Part shown: positions 13,925 to 27,857 of the stretch, piece by piece
Layout: every line of letters starts with the position of its first letter
Numbering within the stretch: position 1 is the stretch's first letter
Origin: Geosiphon pyriformis uo1
Taxonomy: Eukaryota; Fungi; Glomeromycota
DNA length: 64,000 nucleotides
Direction: 5' to 3'
Assembly: GCA_016748015.1 (NCBI GenBank)
Contig: JAAOMT010000429.1
Coordinates: 278,743-342,742, forward strand
Program-made: the position numbers and the translations under genes
The notes under the pieces: generated by a model
Databases searched by the model: none
What the model saw: only the letters and a program-made list of their open reading frames with translations
What the model was told of the DNA's origin: nothing

Positions 13925-15124
13925 AATATAAATAGAAATAACGTGGAGAGGTTGGAATGAACGAAAAAAAATTAGTAATTTTCGGGATTTTAATTTTTCA
14001 GGTAACAATAAATAAGTGTAAAATGAAACCAATCAACTTTCTTGTAACAGTTTATGTATTTTAAGCCAAATTATGAACAATATCTTTTAATACAAGCATT
14101 CCTAAGAGATCTATTTAAAAATTAATTTTGTTTATAATATTAAATTAATCTCTTGGGATCTATAAGTTAATAGAATATAATCGAGATCAGATTTTAAATC
14201 CATAAAACTTTCTTCCAAATTGAATTTCTTGAAGTGCAATATCCGAAGGTTAAAAATGTTTATAGTAAGAAGACTAAATGAAATGTGTTTATCTAGTGTT
14301 AGCCATAGATTATAAAGTTACATTGACATTGAAATTTGCATAAAATAATATTTGCTATTTGAATTGGCTTCTCGGTTTTACTAAACGAAAAAAATTCCTA
14401 CATTGTTTTAAAAAATGAATAAGAAAGGTAAAATTAGATATTAAATATTTGGATATCGTTTGCTTTTTCTGGAGCTGAAATTTCCATAATTTACGATATA
14501 AAAATTTGTGAATTTTTAGACTCCAAAGTGGATTGATTTCTCACCATGAGTTTCTATAACTCTGTGGAAGGTAAAAATATCTTTGGATTCCAAAAACACA
14601 GGCTGACTAATTCCATAATATCTTCAGATGAACATCAGAAGAAAGCTGATTAAGAGGTGGAGAGAATAGATAACCGAAGAAAAAAAGTTAACAAAGGCTT
14701 TGTAAAAATTAAATAAGTAAGGTGTAATATATCCTGTATAGCGTGCAGCAACATTCTTTTGAATGGGAATTTGACCATATGGTTGGGTAAATTAATTGAA
14801 GAAAAAAATGCTACAAAAAGACATAAAAGTGAGTAATCAGTAAGAGGTTAATTAGTTTTTGGTATATTGCGAGGAACAAATTTAATTTGTTTTATGTAGA
14901 CTTTTTTATTGCCAAATGTTGAATTTGTCATTTTTTGATGTTGTCTTTAAAATTAATCAAGAATTTGTATATGTTGTTATTGGAAGACTTTTCACATTTC
15001 TTTGAACATTTAAAGAGTTAATTTTGTGTTTGATTTGTAAGTATTGTGTTTATAAGAAGGGCCAATTTCTTTTTCTAATTCATTGTAGTGCTTTAAATTT
15101 TTCTACAGGCTTGTGCATAAAGAA

Positions 15125-15650
15125 CACACTCTTTTCGCAGACTTTTCATTATTGTTGTATGCTAAAAAAAATTTCTTCCAATATTGGAAAGATCAATTAA
15201 TTTCTGTTTCAAAATTATCTTTAAGCAGTTGAGATTATTTATAATAATGATTTATAAAAAGTCATGTTTCATGTAAAAGTTTAATTTGAAATTATTTTCA
15301 AGGCACAAAATTTTTGTTTTTAATTATTGTAATAAGAAAAATAACGAGAATCGCATACAAAAATTACGAATAAATTTAAAAAAAAACATTGACCGATTTA
15401 TAATATAATAAACTAATTAATTTTTACAAAGTTGGCAGTTAGCTAATTTTCAATCATTAGTCTATAGTGTAATCAAAAAAATTTTAAGCAGAGTTTTAGT
15501 CTTTATTAATTATGGTTTGGACAAAAAATGTTTGATTTACAAATTTGTATTTATTTTGAGTATTAAAACTTCTAAGCTATTAATTGTTCTAATTGTATAA
15601 TATTTATTTTTAAAGAAAAAAGTTTTTTTATACATCTTTAAATAATGCTA
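15125..15650 (+). repeat. Diverged direct repeat, copy 1
   Basis: Blocks CTTTTCATTATTGTTGTATGCTA, ATATTGGAAAGA, TTTCTGTTTCAAAATTA, GAGTTTTAGT.TTTATTAA and TTTGGACA.AAAATGTTTG recur in the same order at 16805-17310. Confidence 0.85.
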
Positions 15651-16804
15651 ACATAAATGTGAATTTTTAATAAATTATTAATAAAATAAAAATCATAAAT
15701 AATTTGGTTAAATAATAATTTAATAATTATTCAATGTGTGAGATTAGTTTTATAAATATCTTAGTCATTATTCTTTTAAAAAGCAACTAAAAATCTAAAA
15801 ATAGAAGAATAGTGTGTACTGTCAATAAAAAATAACACAATTTTTATATTTATATGCTTTTTTTCTTAAAAGTATATATTTTCTATAATTTTACCGAATA
15901 GTTTATAATATTCAAGTTTTTTTCTATTTAATAAGTTTTTGTTAATAAGCAAAATTTTTTTTATTATTCTTTTAAGTATATTAAAAAAAAAGTATTTTGC
16001 AATCATGTATTTAAACATGTACTTTTTAACTTATTGCTAATTTTTTGTTTTTATAACAGTTTTTTGTGAGTTAATAACAAAAAATACTCTAATTTTATCT
16101 TTTATTATAATTTGTTATTTGATAATAAATAAAACATCTGATAATTTTTGTTTAATATTTATAAAAAGAATTTTATATGTTTTGATTAAAAAAATACATT
16201 TTTATGCTAAATAGAAATATATCTGTTTTGAAATTGCAGTAATTCTACTTATATTTGTTTTGGTGTTTATTTATTAATATTATAAATATTACAATAATTA
16301 GTAACCAATTAGATTTTTTAAAGTACTTTTTAATTTACATATCATAAACAAATTAATTTGCAAAATATAAATTTATTATTTAATACTTTATTAATAATAA
16401 ATAACTCTTTCTATTAACTTGAAAAAATAGTTTACAGATTTTATTTTATTTTTTTTGAAACTGCTTTATTTTTTTATAAACAATAATTTATGCTTTTATT
16501 AAAAATTTAAGATTGTTTCAAATTTTTATTGCAAAATGTTTTTATATTTGAGTTTTGTTATTTTTTTTAAAAAATATTGTTATAATATTAATTTCAATAG
16601 ATAGCATTTTTATTTGTCTATAGAGTAAATAAAAAAATTCATAACTAGTTATATTATAGTTTTTTATTTAATGTCAATTTTTTTCTTTCTTAGTAGGCTT
16701 TCTTTATATTACTAATAAAACCTCAATTTTGGTACTTCTTTTTTATATCACTCTTGTACTGCTTTGATTTTTTTATCCAGAATTAAATTAATTGGTTCCC
16801 ATAA

Positions 16805-17310
16805 ATAACAACTTTTTTGTGGCTTTTCATTATTGTTGTATGCTAGCTAAAAAAATTTTAATATTGGAAAGAATAATTGATTTCTGTTTCAAAATTACTT
16901 TTTGAAAGGTTGTGAGCAGTTAGATAACTATAATAATGATTTAGTAAAAGTCACACTTCATAAAATAGTCTAATTTCAGGTTATTTTCAAGTCATACAAT
17001 TTATGTTTTTGATAATCGTAATGAGAAAAAAATTTCATACGATAATTAAGAGTAAAATTAATAAATATATTTCTTGATAGATTTATAAAATTAATTTCAA
17101 TAAATTTGGTAGTTAGTTAACCTTAAAGTTATTGGTTTATAGTGCAATCAATCTAATTTGAAGAGGAGTTTTAGTTTTTATTAAATATGATTTGGACAGA
17201 AAATGTTTGTTTTAAAATTGTTTTTATTTTATGTTATTTATTATTTTAATTGTAAAATATATTTGTTAAAAATAAAAGCTTTTCTTTTATACAAACTTTG
17301 AGTAATATTA
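16805..17310 (+). repeat. Diverged direct repeat, copy 2
   Basis: See 15125-15650. Confidence 0.85.
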
Positions 17311-17761
17311 TTTCACCTTTTAGCACTATTACTTTCCAAGAATTCAAGCCCAAAGAGTGAGGTAAAGAAATGAAATTTTGGGTTTTAGGAGAGCTAAAAC
17401 TGCATTAGAAGAATTAAGCAAAAATTAGAGAAAGAAAGAAATTTAAGTAGAATGTTTCCCATCTGATCAAGCCAACAATCTTAACAACAGCAGAGACAAC
17501 GATGATGGTATGCTAGGTGCTAAGAAGGAAGCCTACAAAAAGATCAAGAAGATAATATATCTTTTGATCAAAATTACTTGTTCACTTTGTCTGGTTGTGT
17601 TGCAGCACACTTTATATGCGACATAAAACTATAGATTCCACAGTAGCAAAGCTAAATGACGCATATACTGTAAAGAAAAATAAAATGCTAGTTTTTGATT
17701 AGAACTCGAAATATCAAATGGCAACAAAGAGTAATGAGCTGACTAGATAAATAATCTTAAA

Positions 17762-17910
17762 ATGCTATTCTTCCTAGTTCTTAGTAAGGACCCTTTTCGA
17801 AGTCGAAATCAAAAAAAAAACATTCAGTCATCAAGCTGAAGAAGATTATCAAGAAGACAGTGCCATTTTTAGATCATATTGTCGTGAACGAACTCGCACT
17901 CTAAAGGTTT
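17762..17910 (+). pseudogene. Crinkler (CRN) N-terminal ubiquitin-like domain relic upstream of lipase copy 1
   Basis: With two frameshifts it reads MLFFLVLSKDP/FEVEIKK/HSVIKLKKIIKKTVPFLDHIVVNELAL*, resembling the CRN pattern LFCLV.G…F.V.I….V..LK..IK…..L.LWKV. Confidence 0.5.
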
Positions 17911-18130
17911 TCAAGCTAAATAAAAATTTCAATACAACAAAGGATAAATATATTAGGTTTGTTCATAATTTAGATTTAAGGATACAAGATATAGTGTGAT
18001 AGGTGATCGGGAAAACATTATCCAAAAGAGGATAAAACTATTCCTTTAAAAAATGTCCTAAAAAACAATTAAGCTCGATCTATAGGAATTTTATTTAGTG
18101 CATCTTAAAAAAATTATAAAATATAATCAA

Positions 18131-19646
18131 ATGCCATTCAAGGTCGATTTTCTAGGAATATTTAAGATTATTACTGCAATATTTATGGCATCAGTTTTTT
18201 ATTTTTTGATGCATGAAAATCACAGCAGCTGGATAGCCTCTAAAATAATTCAGAAGGATAAAAAACTAGATATAAAATACACCTCTCCTGCTATGATTAA
18301 TTGGATAAATCAAATCGATATCCCACTTAAAATCAATCAAATCAAAAAACGTTCACAATCACTACCCAAGAGCCGAATTTTACCTAATAATGAAGAGTTA
18401 ATGGTTTCCTCGCAAGTTGCATTCATGATAAATGCAATTGACTGCCTCGGTCTAAATAATCTTGGGTCAAAAGTGCCTGGCTTACAATTTAAAGGTTTTT
18501 GATTTCCGAAAAGAATTTGTCTTAAATGAAAGTTCTCTTAAACAAATTAATATCTTTCAAACACTGTTCATTAGTGGAGGTTCAATTTTACTTACGCTCA
18601 CCACTATATAGCGCTTTATTGATTATGTTTGCGGGGCCAGTAACTATCTCAACCCCTTTAATATTTTAAATCAAATAAAATTCGGAGATAATAATGCTTT
18701 TTTTTTATATTAGAAATTAACGAAAGAACAATGGGCTTCTAGAAACTCAAAACAAGTACCGCTTCGTTTGAAAAATTTTCCAAACTTTGACGAGAAAATT
18801 CTTGTGGACTCGCAATTATTGAAAGATGTGGAATTATTATTTCCTATTTTATTCGAAGCTATTAAAACATCTTTAATTCAAATTCCAAGAGTAACTAAAT
18901 GGTATGATATTATGTTTACGGGACATGGTCTTGGTGGAGGTTAGTTTCCTCAAAATTTTCTATTATAAAGTATCTAGTAAGAATTATTTATTATTTTAAT
19001 ATTAAAAAATCTTTTAACTACACATATAAAAGCATATGCCTCTATTGCTGGGTTTTTATGGGCAATTGGAAGTTTTTTAATCAAGAGGGAGAATATTTGG
19101 CCGGATGTTAATTTAAGCGAAATAGGGCAAGGTATTTTTACTTATGGAGCTCCGAGAATTGGAAACGAGCACCTTCGCAATTTTTTCAACCAAGGAATCA
19201 ATCATCGCCGCTTTACCCATGGAAATGATCATGTGCCGCACTTTCCATCGTCTTCAAAGGGGTGGAAACATTTTGGTACTGAAATTTGGATTGAGCCATT
19301 GAGTAATTGTGATTGTGCTGCTGATGACGACCCAAATACGTATTGGGACTGTAATTCTTCTCCTTTGATGTCAAGTCAAAGAGAAGAATGGTTGAATTCG
19401 CAGTATTCTGATGAGAATATGGTTAGTGATAATTTATATTGGACTAAGAATTTTTTGGTAATGGCGTTAAAAAACAAGTTTTTTCTTTAGGAGTGTAATG
19501 CTGGTCAATCAATAACCGAAGTTCCGGGAACTTTATTTCATAATGGACCTTATTTTGGGGTTGAAATGGGCAATTGCGAATCAATTAGTAAATTCAGGAA
19601 TTTTGATGAAGCTCTAAAAAATTATCTAAATAGAAATAATAATTAG
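18131..19646 (+). CDS. Class-3 lipase-like alpha/beta hydrolase, copy 1 (nucleophile Ser->Gly); exons 18131-18494, 18575-18639, 18714-18939, 19033-19421, 19491-19646
   Basis: Spliced frame is open: N-terminal hydrophobic anchor (KIITAIFMASVFYFLM), MFTGHGLGGAYA, IFTYGAPRIGN, RFTHGNDHVPHFP, WKHFGTEIWI, ECNAG…FHNGPYFGV. This is the Lipase_3 motif order. Confidence 0.9.
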
Positions 19647-22600
19647 CAGCCAATAATTTTCTTTTGCTATAAATTCAATGATTCACTTCTTTTTTAAAAA
19701 TATTTTTAGTTACATAAAAAAGAAAGACTTTTGGTAATTTATTCTCCTTGGATTGATTAATACATCATGGCAATTAACTTTGGATAAATATTTTGTGAAA
19801 TGGGGCTCCGAATTATTGAATTCAAGTACCTCAAGTGCTATATTTTAACAGTTTCTATATTTCCTTTATTAATAGCTCTTTTCGCTGCTAAGAGGTTAGA
19901 AAAAATTATGTACTTTATCTCCCATTTTGAATTGATATTAGAAATTTAATGCAAATTCATTGAGGAAACTGTTATTTCAAGGTAATATTTTCCAAATATC
20001 TAAGCTAATATTTTTTTATTATATTTGATTATGAGTTTTATGGTAGAGCGAAGTATCAGTGATAAGCGTGATCAGAAGCAGCAGTAACTCGTAGAAGATT
20101 TCAATAGTGAAAGTGAACGTTTTGAGTGGGATTGTTATTTGGTTATTGTAGATTAATTAACAATAATAAAGAAACAGATATTTGCTTTATGTTTCTAGTT
20201 TTCGTTTCTTTCTTGGTTCATCATGTGTTGGTGTTAATGCTCGTTTATTGACTATTTTTTTTTGTTCTTGGTAAATTTCATAAGTGATTTTTTTTTGATC
20301 TAGATATTCTTCAAAAATTTTGATATCATTGATTTTAAAAACATAAGGGGCAATTTTTTCTCCTTGAGCCTTTTTTAAAATACTTCTTTAATTCTTTGGT
20401 TCTATAGTAGATTTAATGTAAATAAGTTTTATGATATTTTTATATAGAGATAATACTACATTAAATGTATTATAACTTTATGATAATTAAATGCAATTGA
20501 TATTTAAATAAAACAAAGCTTTCAAAATGTTATTTTTTCAGCCACACCAGCCATTTTGAGCCCATGTAATCAAATGTTCACTTTGTCTGATTTTGTTGCA
20601 GCCTGTCCCAAATTATATTTAACCAATTCAACAAATAAACAATTAAACTTACCAACAATTGTGCTATTATCTTGCAATGCTTCAGTTTAAAAAGAATTTA
20701 TTTTAATAAAAATAAAGCAGAATCTAAAAACAATTTGGAAATTATTTTATTCAAAATAACATATTATATTAATAAAATTGAAAAGATTAAAACAATCACT
20801 TAAAATAATAAAAGAAAAAAAAGAAAGAATATTGTTTAACATGTATTCAGATTCAATAGTAGAATATTTTTGTTAAGAAACAACTATTTAGAAAATAATT
20901 AAATTATATTTAATAAACCAATAATAAAGACAATATTTATAATTATGTTTTTTAAAAAAATATTAAAGTTAATAAAAACTTAAAAAAAAATAGTTAACAT
21001 TAAATATTACAAAAAAAACAGAATAACAAATTACCAAATAAACTAGTAAAATACAAAATTAAAAATAAAATAAATTGAAATATTTTATACTTACCAAATA
21101 CTTAATAATTGAGTATAAATTATAACTAAAAAACAAGGTTTTAAAAAAATAGTATATAATAATTACTTAAAATTATATTATTTAAGCCAAATAATATTAA
21201 TATAAATACTATAATTAAATATACAAATACTAATAATTAAATCAAATAAAATTTTATAAGATCTAAAACAATTATTATTATTGAACACAATTTATATTAG
21301 AATTAATTACCAAAATAAATATAAGTATATAAAGACTACTAATATACAACAAAATAATAATTACTATTAATATTTATATAATTGTTTAATTATTATTAAA
21401 AATATTACAAAATAGAAAAGTTTAATATAAAAATAATCATAAATAAAAAAACCAAATATAAACATATTTAAATATTTAAAAATAAAATTTTATAAAAATA
21501 ATCAAAGCAATATTATATTAAAAACATTAAAATACCAAAACAATTATATTAAAAAAATATATAATTTTTATAATAAGACAATTTATAATAATAGCATAAA
21601 ATAATATTTAAAATTAAATTTTATATAGTTAAAATATAAAATTTTTTAAAAGAAGTTTTTTCTGTTTAATTTGTCACATATTTCACTATTTCTTAAGAAA
21701 CAAATTTTTTGTTATTAAATTTGCTGTTACTATAAGTGGTTTTGCTATTATAAAGAGATCAGCCAAAGTTTTGGCTTTGGATTTGGTCAGTGGCAGCTTG
21801 GCTTAATAGCAGAAAATACTTTTGAGCAATATTAAGCATTCTGTTAATAAGACTAATATAAAGTTTAGAGCTAAGCAGATTATTAGGCAATTTACTAAAA
21901 TAAATACAGATAAAAAGATGCTAATAGGTTTTTTTACAAATGTTAAAACTGATTATAGTTCTAACAATAAAAATAAAAGCTGTTTTGACTTAAAAATAAA
22001 TACTTTAAAAGCCAAAAAAATCAATATTAGTAAATTGGTTAAGTTTTTTATTGGCACTCTAAAATACAGCTCAGATAATAATAAATACTATTTTTCTTTT
22101 GCTTTTTGATATTATTGAAAAAAAATAAATTGATTCCAAAATTGTTAAAATTTAGATAAAAATAATGGTTAAAAATTTTTTTATATTATATATCAATTTA
22201 TTAACAATAAAAAACAAATCAGCAACTGCAAAAACTCAAACAATTAGAAAATTTATTTTATTAATTAATAGTTTTAAAAGAGCCACCATTTCCTTAAAAT
22301 TTGAAAAAAAAATTAGATCTACATTTATATTAAAAAAAAACATAGAAAAAGCCGTATTATTGGCTAGAAAAAAAGATATTATGATAAACAACAATCTTAA
22401 AACACAGAAATTTCATTTAAATTAGACTGTAGTTATTAAAAAAATTTCCATAAACATATTAAAGAAAATAATTAGCACAGTTTTTTTCGAGTTTAGTCAA
22501 ATAGTGTCAATCCAATTGCAATTTATTGAACTGTAACAAAAAACTGTAGTAGAGTTTGCTAAATTAAATCAAGCCGATTATTTGGTATTTAAATAATTCT

Positions 22601-25600
22601 TTTTAATTAAGAAAAATTCAGTGTGTATAGCCAAAACTATAAAAAATTATAATATTTAGATGTTTAGAGATTGGTTTAAAGCACTCTTGTTTATTTTGTT
22701 TGTAAGAATATCTGTTCATAATCTGAATGTTTATTAAAAAAAACTAGTAAAAAAGCATGTATAATTAATTGATTATTTGAAACTGACAATAGAGTCTATT
22801 ATACTGTAATTGGTTTTAAATTAGAAGAATATTTAAATTCAGTATTTTACATAAAGTCAATTTTTGGTAGTGTAAAGTTTTTTTGAACTAGACTGAATTT
22901 AATTTATTGTAAAAATTGTAAATATTTTGGATATTTTGTTCTAAAATATAATGTACCAAGTATATTTGTCTCTTGATTTTTAAAAATATATAAGAAGTTT
23001 GTTTTGAATATAGATTGCTTTCAGTTGGCCAAGTTGTATACAAAAAAAGTGTTTTTATCTTATATTTTACTGTTTTTAATAGCAAATTATGGGCTTAAAT
23101 AGTTTTATTGGTTTTTGTTCTTAATAATATTTACTTTGGTTTTAATTCTGATTTGTTTTTTTTAGTGTTTTATGTCTTGATAAAGTTTTCTTTGCTCTGC
23201 ATAATAATTTGTTTATTAATACTTATCTGGCTTTTTTAAAATATTTTTTAGAACTTCTGACTAATTAAGTGTTTAGTATTATTTAAAAACTAAGTATTGC
23301 AAATTTAGTACTCTTGGTTTCTGTTTTTCAATTCTTTGCTTTAACTGTTTTTGTATCTTTGAATTTAAGTTTATATTTAGATATAATTTAGATAACTTGT
23401 AGATATTGTCTTTTTTTTTTTAGTGGCAAAAATTATAATTTCAATTTAGGTTTAAGTAGCTTTAAGATTTTAACTATTAAGATAAACAGCTTGGAATCAA
23501 AGGTAATTGATCTTAAAATCTCTGTTAATTTAGTTTTAACAAAATTAAATTGTGTTTTGGCTTAAATTTTTTGATATATTTTTTATCTTAATAACTAATT
23601 ATATTTGGAAATTTGCAATGTACAATATTAAAAAGATAAACAATTTGGCTAAACAAAAGAATATTATTAGATAGTATAAAAATTCTGGCAATTTGGTTTT
23701 TATATTTACTAAAATAAACCTAAAAAAACAAACTAAGCCTTGGATTAAAAACAAATTTTCAGATATAAAAGTTTTTATTTTTGGCTTGCATACTGGTTAT
23801 CTAAATTCAGAAATAACAATAGTTATAATTAATATTCTTGTTTAACATATGTGCAAAATTTCTGAAATCTCGAATTATATTTTATTTATTTATAATAAGT
23901 TTAATGTTTTTTAAGATGACAACTTCTTGGTTTTAAAAGATACTTTAACTTAATTTTTTATGTTTGTCATTAATTTAATAGTAAAAGATACTTTGAAAAA
24001 AAACTAAGAACTGTAATTAATTTTATAAAATATATATAAAGCTTATAATTTGATTAAATAGCATTATTTAAAAGCTAGTTTAAGATATATTAAAATGTTT
24101 AATAAGTTTATAAGATTTTTTGAAAATAAATATTTAAACAGAATTAATAAAATAATTATTAATTTTTGTTTTTTAAATAATTATAAGATGCTAAATAAAC
24201 TTAATTAAAGCAAAGTGTTTTTACTGCATTTTTAAAAAAATTTTTATGATTTTTTATTGTATAAAATAAAAAAACATGAATATTTATCTAAATATAAATT
24301 AATACAAACTTAATAATAAAAACAGACAAAGTAGAAATTAGTAGAAAAAAATCTTTTTTTTTGTAATTGGTGCTTTTATTAATAATACAATTTAAGTTAA
24401 AAATAGTTAAGCTTTAATATAGTATATTTTATAAGATCAATAACATTTTTATCAATAATAATAAAACAATAGCTATCCTTATTAATCAAAAAGTTATAAA
24501 TACTTCTTTGTACATTACTAATTAACCAATTTTTATTGTCAAATATAATAAATTTTACAAATATTAAGAAATTTTTCTGTTAATAAAAAGTATTTCTAAG
24601 CCAAGTTTTGTCAAAACTTATTTAAATATTAGGTTTTTTTCAAATATAGTTCTTAAAAAAACTTTGTTAAACAAACAGTTTTCTTATTTGGTTTTGGTAG
24701 TTTTGTAATCTATAATTAATTATCAAATATAATTCAGTTTTATGTCTAAGAACATATATTAAAAATAAAATATTTTAATAAAAAAAGAGATTAAATTTAA
24801 GACCAATTTGCAAAAAAACTTTTTAATAAGACTTTGTATTACTAATTTCTTTATAAATTGGTTTTTTTTAAGTAAATACAAGTAGAGTTTAAAGTAGTTT
24901 TAATAGTCAAATTTTTAATTTAGCAAAAATTTTTGAATATTTGTTTGAATATTGTTTTTTGAATTTGTAAATTTTAGGTTGAATATCTTTAAATTTATTG
25001 CAGTACTTGGTCAAATTGAAAGTCAACTCTGTAAATAATTTATTGACAAATATTGTAAAAATATTTTTGAATAATAAAATTTTTTGGCCAATAATTTGTT
25101 TAATATATTTTATAATATTGGCTGCTTTTTAATATTTGGAATATTGAAAAATTTCTATTATTTTAGTATAATTTGCTCTTTTAAATATTTTAGTATTGTA
25201 TTTGAAAACAAGTTATTAAACAAACATAAACAAATTATAAATTAGAAAACTTTTTGTTATTGAAAAAAATTGTGTTTTAGAGATTTAGTTTTATTATAGT
25301 TTAAAAAAACTTTGATTTATATAAATAATCTTTTTGTTGAATCTAATCAGATTATTTTTAGTTTTGACTGTTTGTACATTTTTAGTTTGTAAAAGTTTTT
25401 AAATATTTAAAAACATTTGTATAAATTATAGATAAAAGTAATAAGTATTTATATTAATAGTTTATTAAAAAGCTTTACAACTATGGTTTATTTTTCTGAA
25501 GTTAAAATAAGCATAAATATTAAAATATATAAATTACTGTTTTTAGTAATAATAAAATTATAGATAATTGCTTTGACATTAGAATATATTTATTTTTTTT

Positions 25601-26883
25601 GTTTAGTAATTTTGCATATAAACTGCCAAACTGTGATAAGTACATGTGTTTTAAAGCTTAAGCTTAATTAGTTTAATTTTTAAAACAAGTATTAAATAAA
25701 ATATTATCATATAATTAATTTAATTAAATCAAAAATATTTTGTAAAGTAAATAAAAATTATGAGTTATTTAAATAATACTGACAATAATTAAGCAGAAGA
25801 TTTTATGTGTATTGTAACATAGTCTTATTTAGCTCTTTTTGTTAAAATTTATAAAAGATTTATTTTAGCTAATAGTTTAATTGTATTAAACAATACTTGT
25901 TATTTTGCTCACAATATTTATTAAACAATTTGTCATGTTTTATAAAAAACAGATTTTAATACAGAAATTATAAATAGCTTATTTATTTGAAGCATAAATT
26001 GGATTTGTACTGTTTTGGTTTAGTATTCAAATATTTATATGTATTTTAAATTTACTAGCAAACTTTCAGCTGCTTTTTATATATATTTGATAAAAACTGT
26101 TTATAAAAGATTGTTAATTACAGTTAGAAAAAAGCTTTAAAATAAAAATTATTTAGGTATTTTGTATTTAATATATAGTAAAATTATACTGTCTAATTAT
26201 GTATTTACTTGTTCAAAAAACAGCTTTGTATAATTTGAAGTTTTGCTTGATTACATTGAATTGTAAAAGTTTTTAATAAGAAGTTGTTTGCTTTTATTAT
26301 CTTTAGTATTATGCCTTTTTATTAAAAACTTTGAATATTGGTGTTTATACAATTTTGTATAAAGACTTTGTTTTTAAAAATTAGATTAATAAAGCAATGT
26401 TGATTTTTAATAATAAAAAAAAGACTGTATCAATAATAATTAATTTTGTTTATTATTTAGTTAAGAATTATTACAATAAGTTGTAGATATTTAAATTAAG
26501 AATAAACATAAAAAAAAATGGTTTGGTAAATAATAAAAAAGTATTGTCTGGTGTTTTTTACAGTCTGTTTAGTTTTTTGTCAATTGGAATAATTTGTTTG
26601 CTAGATATTATAGAGTTATTTATTGTTAATCTTAGATTATATAAGACTTGTTTATTCTTTTTAGATGTAAACAATAGTGTAAAAATTTGTATAAGTATGT
26701 AATATTGCTTTAATTGGTCCAAATAGCTGGTATTATTAGTAGAATTTTAGTCATTAATTAACATAAAATTATCTTTATAATTTTTATTATCAATTAATAT
26801 ATATTATTATCATTTTAATTATTACTTATTATTTAATTAAACTATCAAATATTACTATCCAATTAATAATCTAATTTGTATGA

Positions 26884-27857
26884 TGTTATCAACAGAATTT
26901 TAGTCATTAATTAATATAAAATTACCCTATTAGTTCTTATCATTAATTAGCATATATTAATATTATTTCAATTATTACTTATTACTTAATCAAATTATTA
27001 AATAACACTATTTTTTTTATTAATAATCCAATTTGTACAAATAGAAATTAGGATGATCAAATTACACAATACTCCGAACTATGTAATATTCAAGAATTCA
27101 CTAAAATTTGCAGAAATTCGCCAAAATAATGAATAGTTCACTGAAATAATTAATAGTTCGATGAAATAACTTGTCATTTGACAAAATATATTTTTAGTTT
27201 GTCGAAATTATAGCAAAGAAAAAAGTTCAAGTTTATAGACTAGTATTACAACAAGTTGTATAAAAGAAAAACTTCTCTTTTTAAGAAAATATATTTTATT
27301 ATAGATATTTTATCTTCTTTAGAATTATTTTACAGCACAAATTCAAAATAAAAATATACTTTGAAAACTAATTCTTAAAATAATTACAATCAAAATTTTC
27401 TAAAACCCAATTAATGTTGTGAAATTAATTAGCTATTATTTTCAGTAAACTGTTAGTTATTTCAGACCTTGACCAGAAAACAATTTTTTTAACAAAATTT
27501 TATTTCTTTTATATTTCTTTTATATTTTTCTTCTTTTCTGATTATAATTATTAGGGTAGCCTACAGACAAAATTCCTGTAAAATAGTTGACTTTTACAGC
27601 AAAATAACTACACATTTTTAGTGAGCTTTCAGATGAGCAATTTTTGGAAAAAATTTGATGTTTACTACAATATAACTATACAAAGTAACTGGTATAGAAT
27701 TGGCTATTCTACTTAAAAGTCCAACAATTTAAATTATAAAAGATAATTTGAAAATAAATTCAATTATCAGAGGTTTAACTGCTTTTAAAAAACGTTAATT
27801 AACAGCAAACAAATATTAACAACAATTATAAAAAAAGACCAAAAACTTTTAGTAATA
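26884..27857 (+). repeat. 5' LTR of family A element
   Basis: TGTTAT…AGTAATA, followed by the PBS; colinear with 36020-36977. Confidence 0.92.

Larger units (their letters stand above)
17352..20774 (+). repeat. Left arm of large inverted repeat (contains lipase-like copy 1)
   Basis: Reverse complement of 39269-42521. Coordinate sums are constant (59815 for 18502-19730; 60043 for 20337-20774), and spot-checked exons and introns are identical from 18438 inward. The outer part is diverged. Confidence 0.95.
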
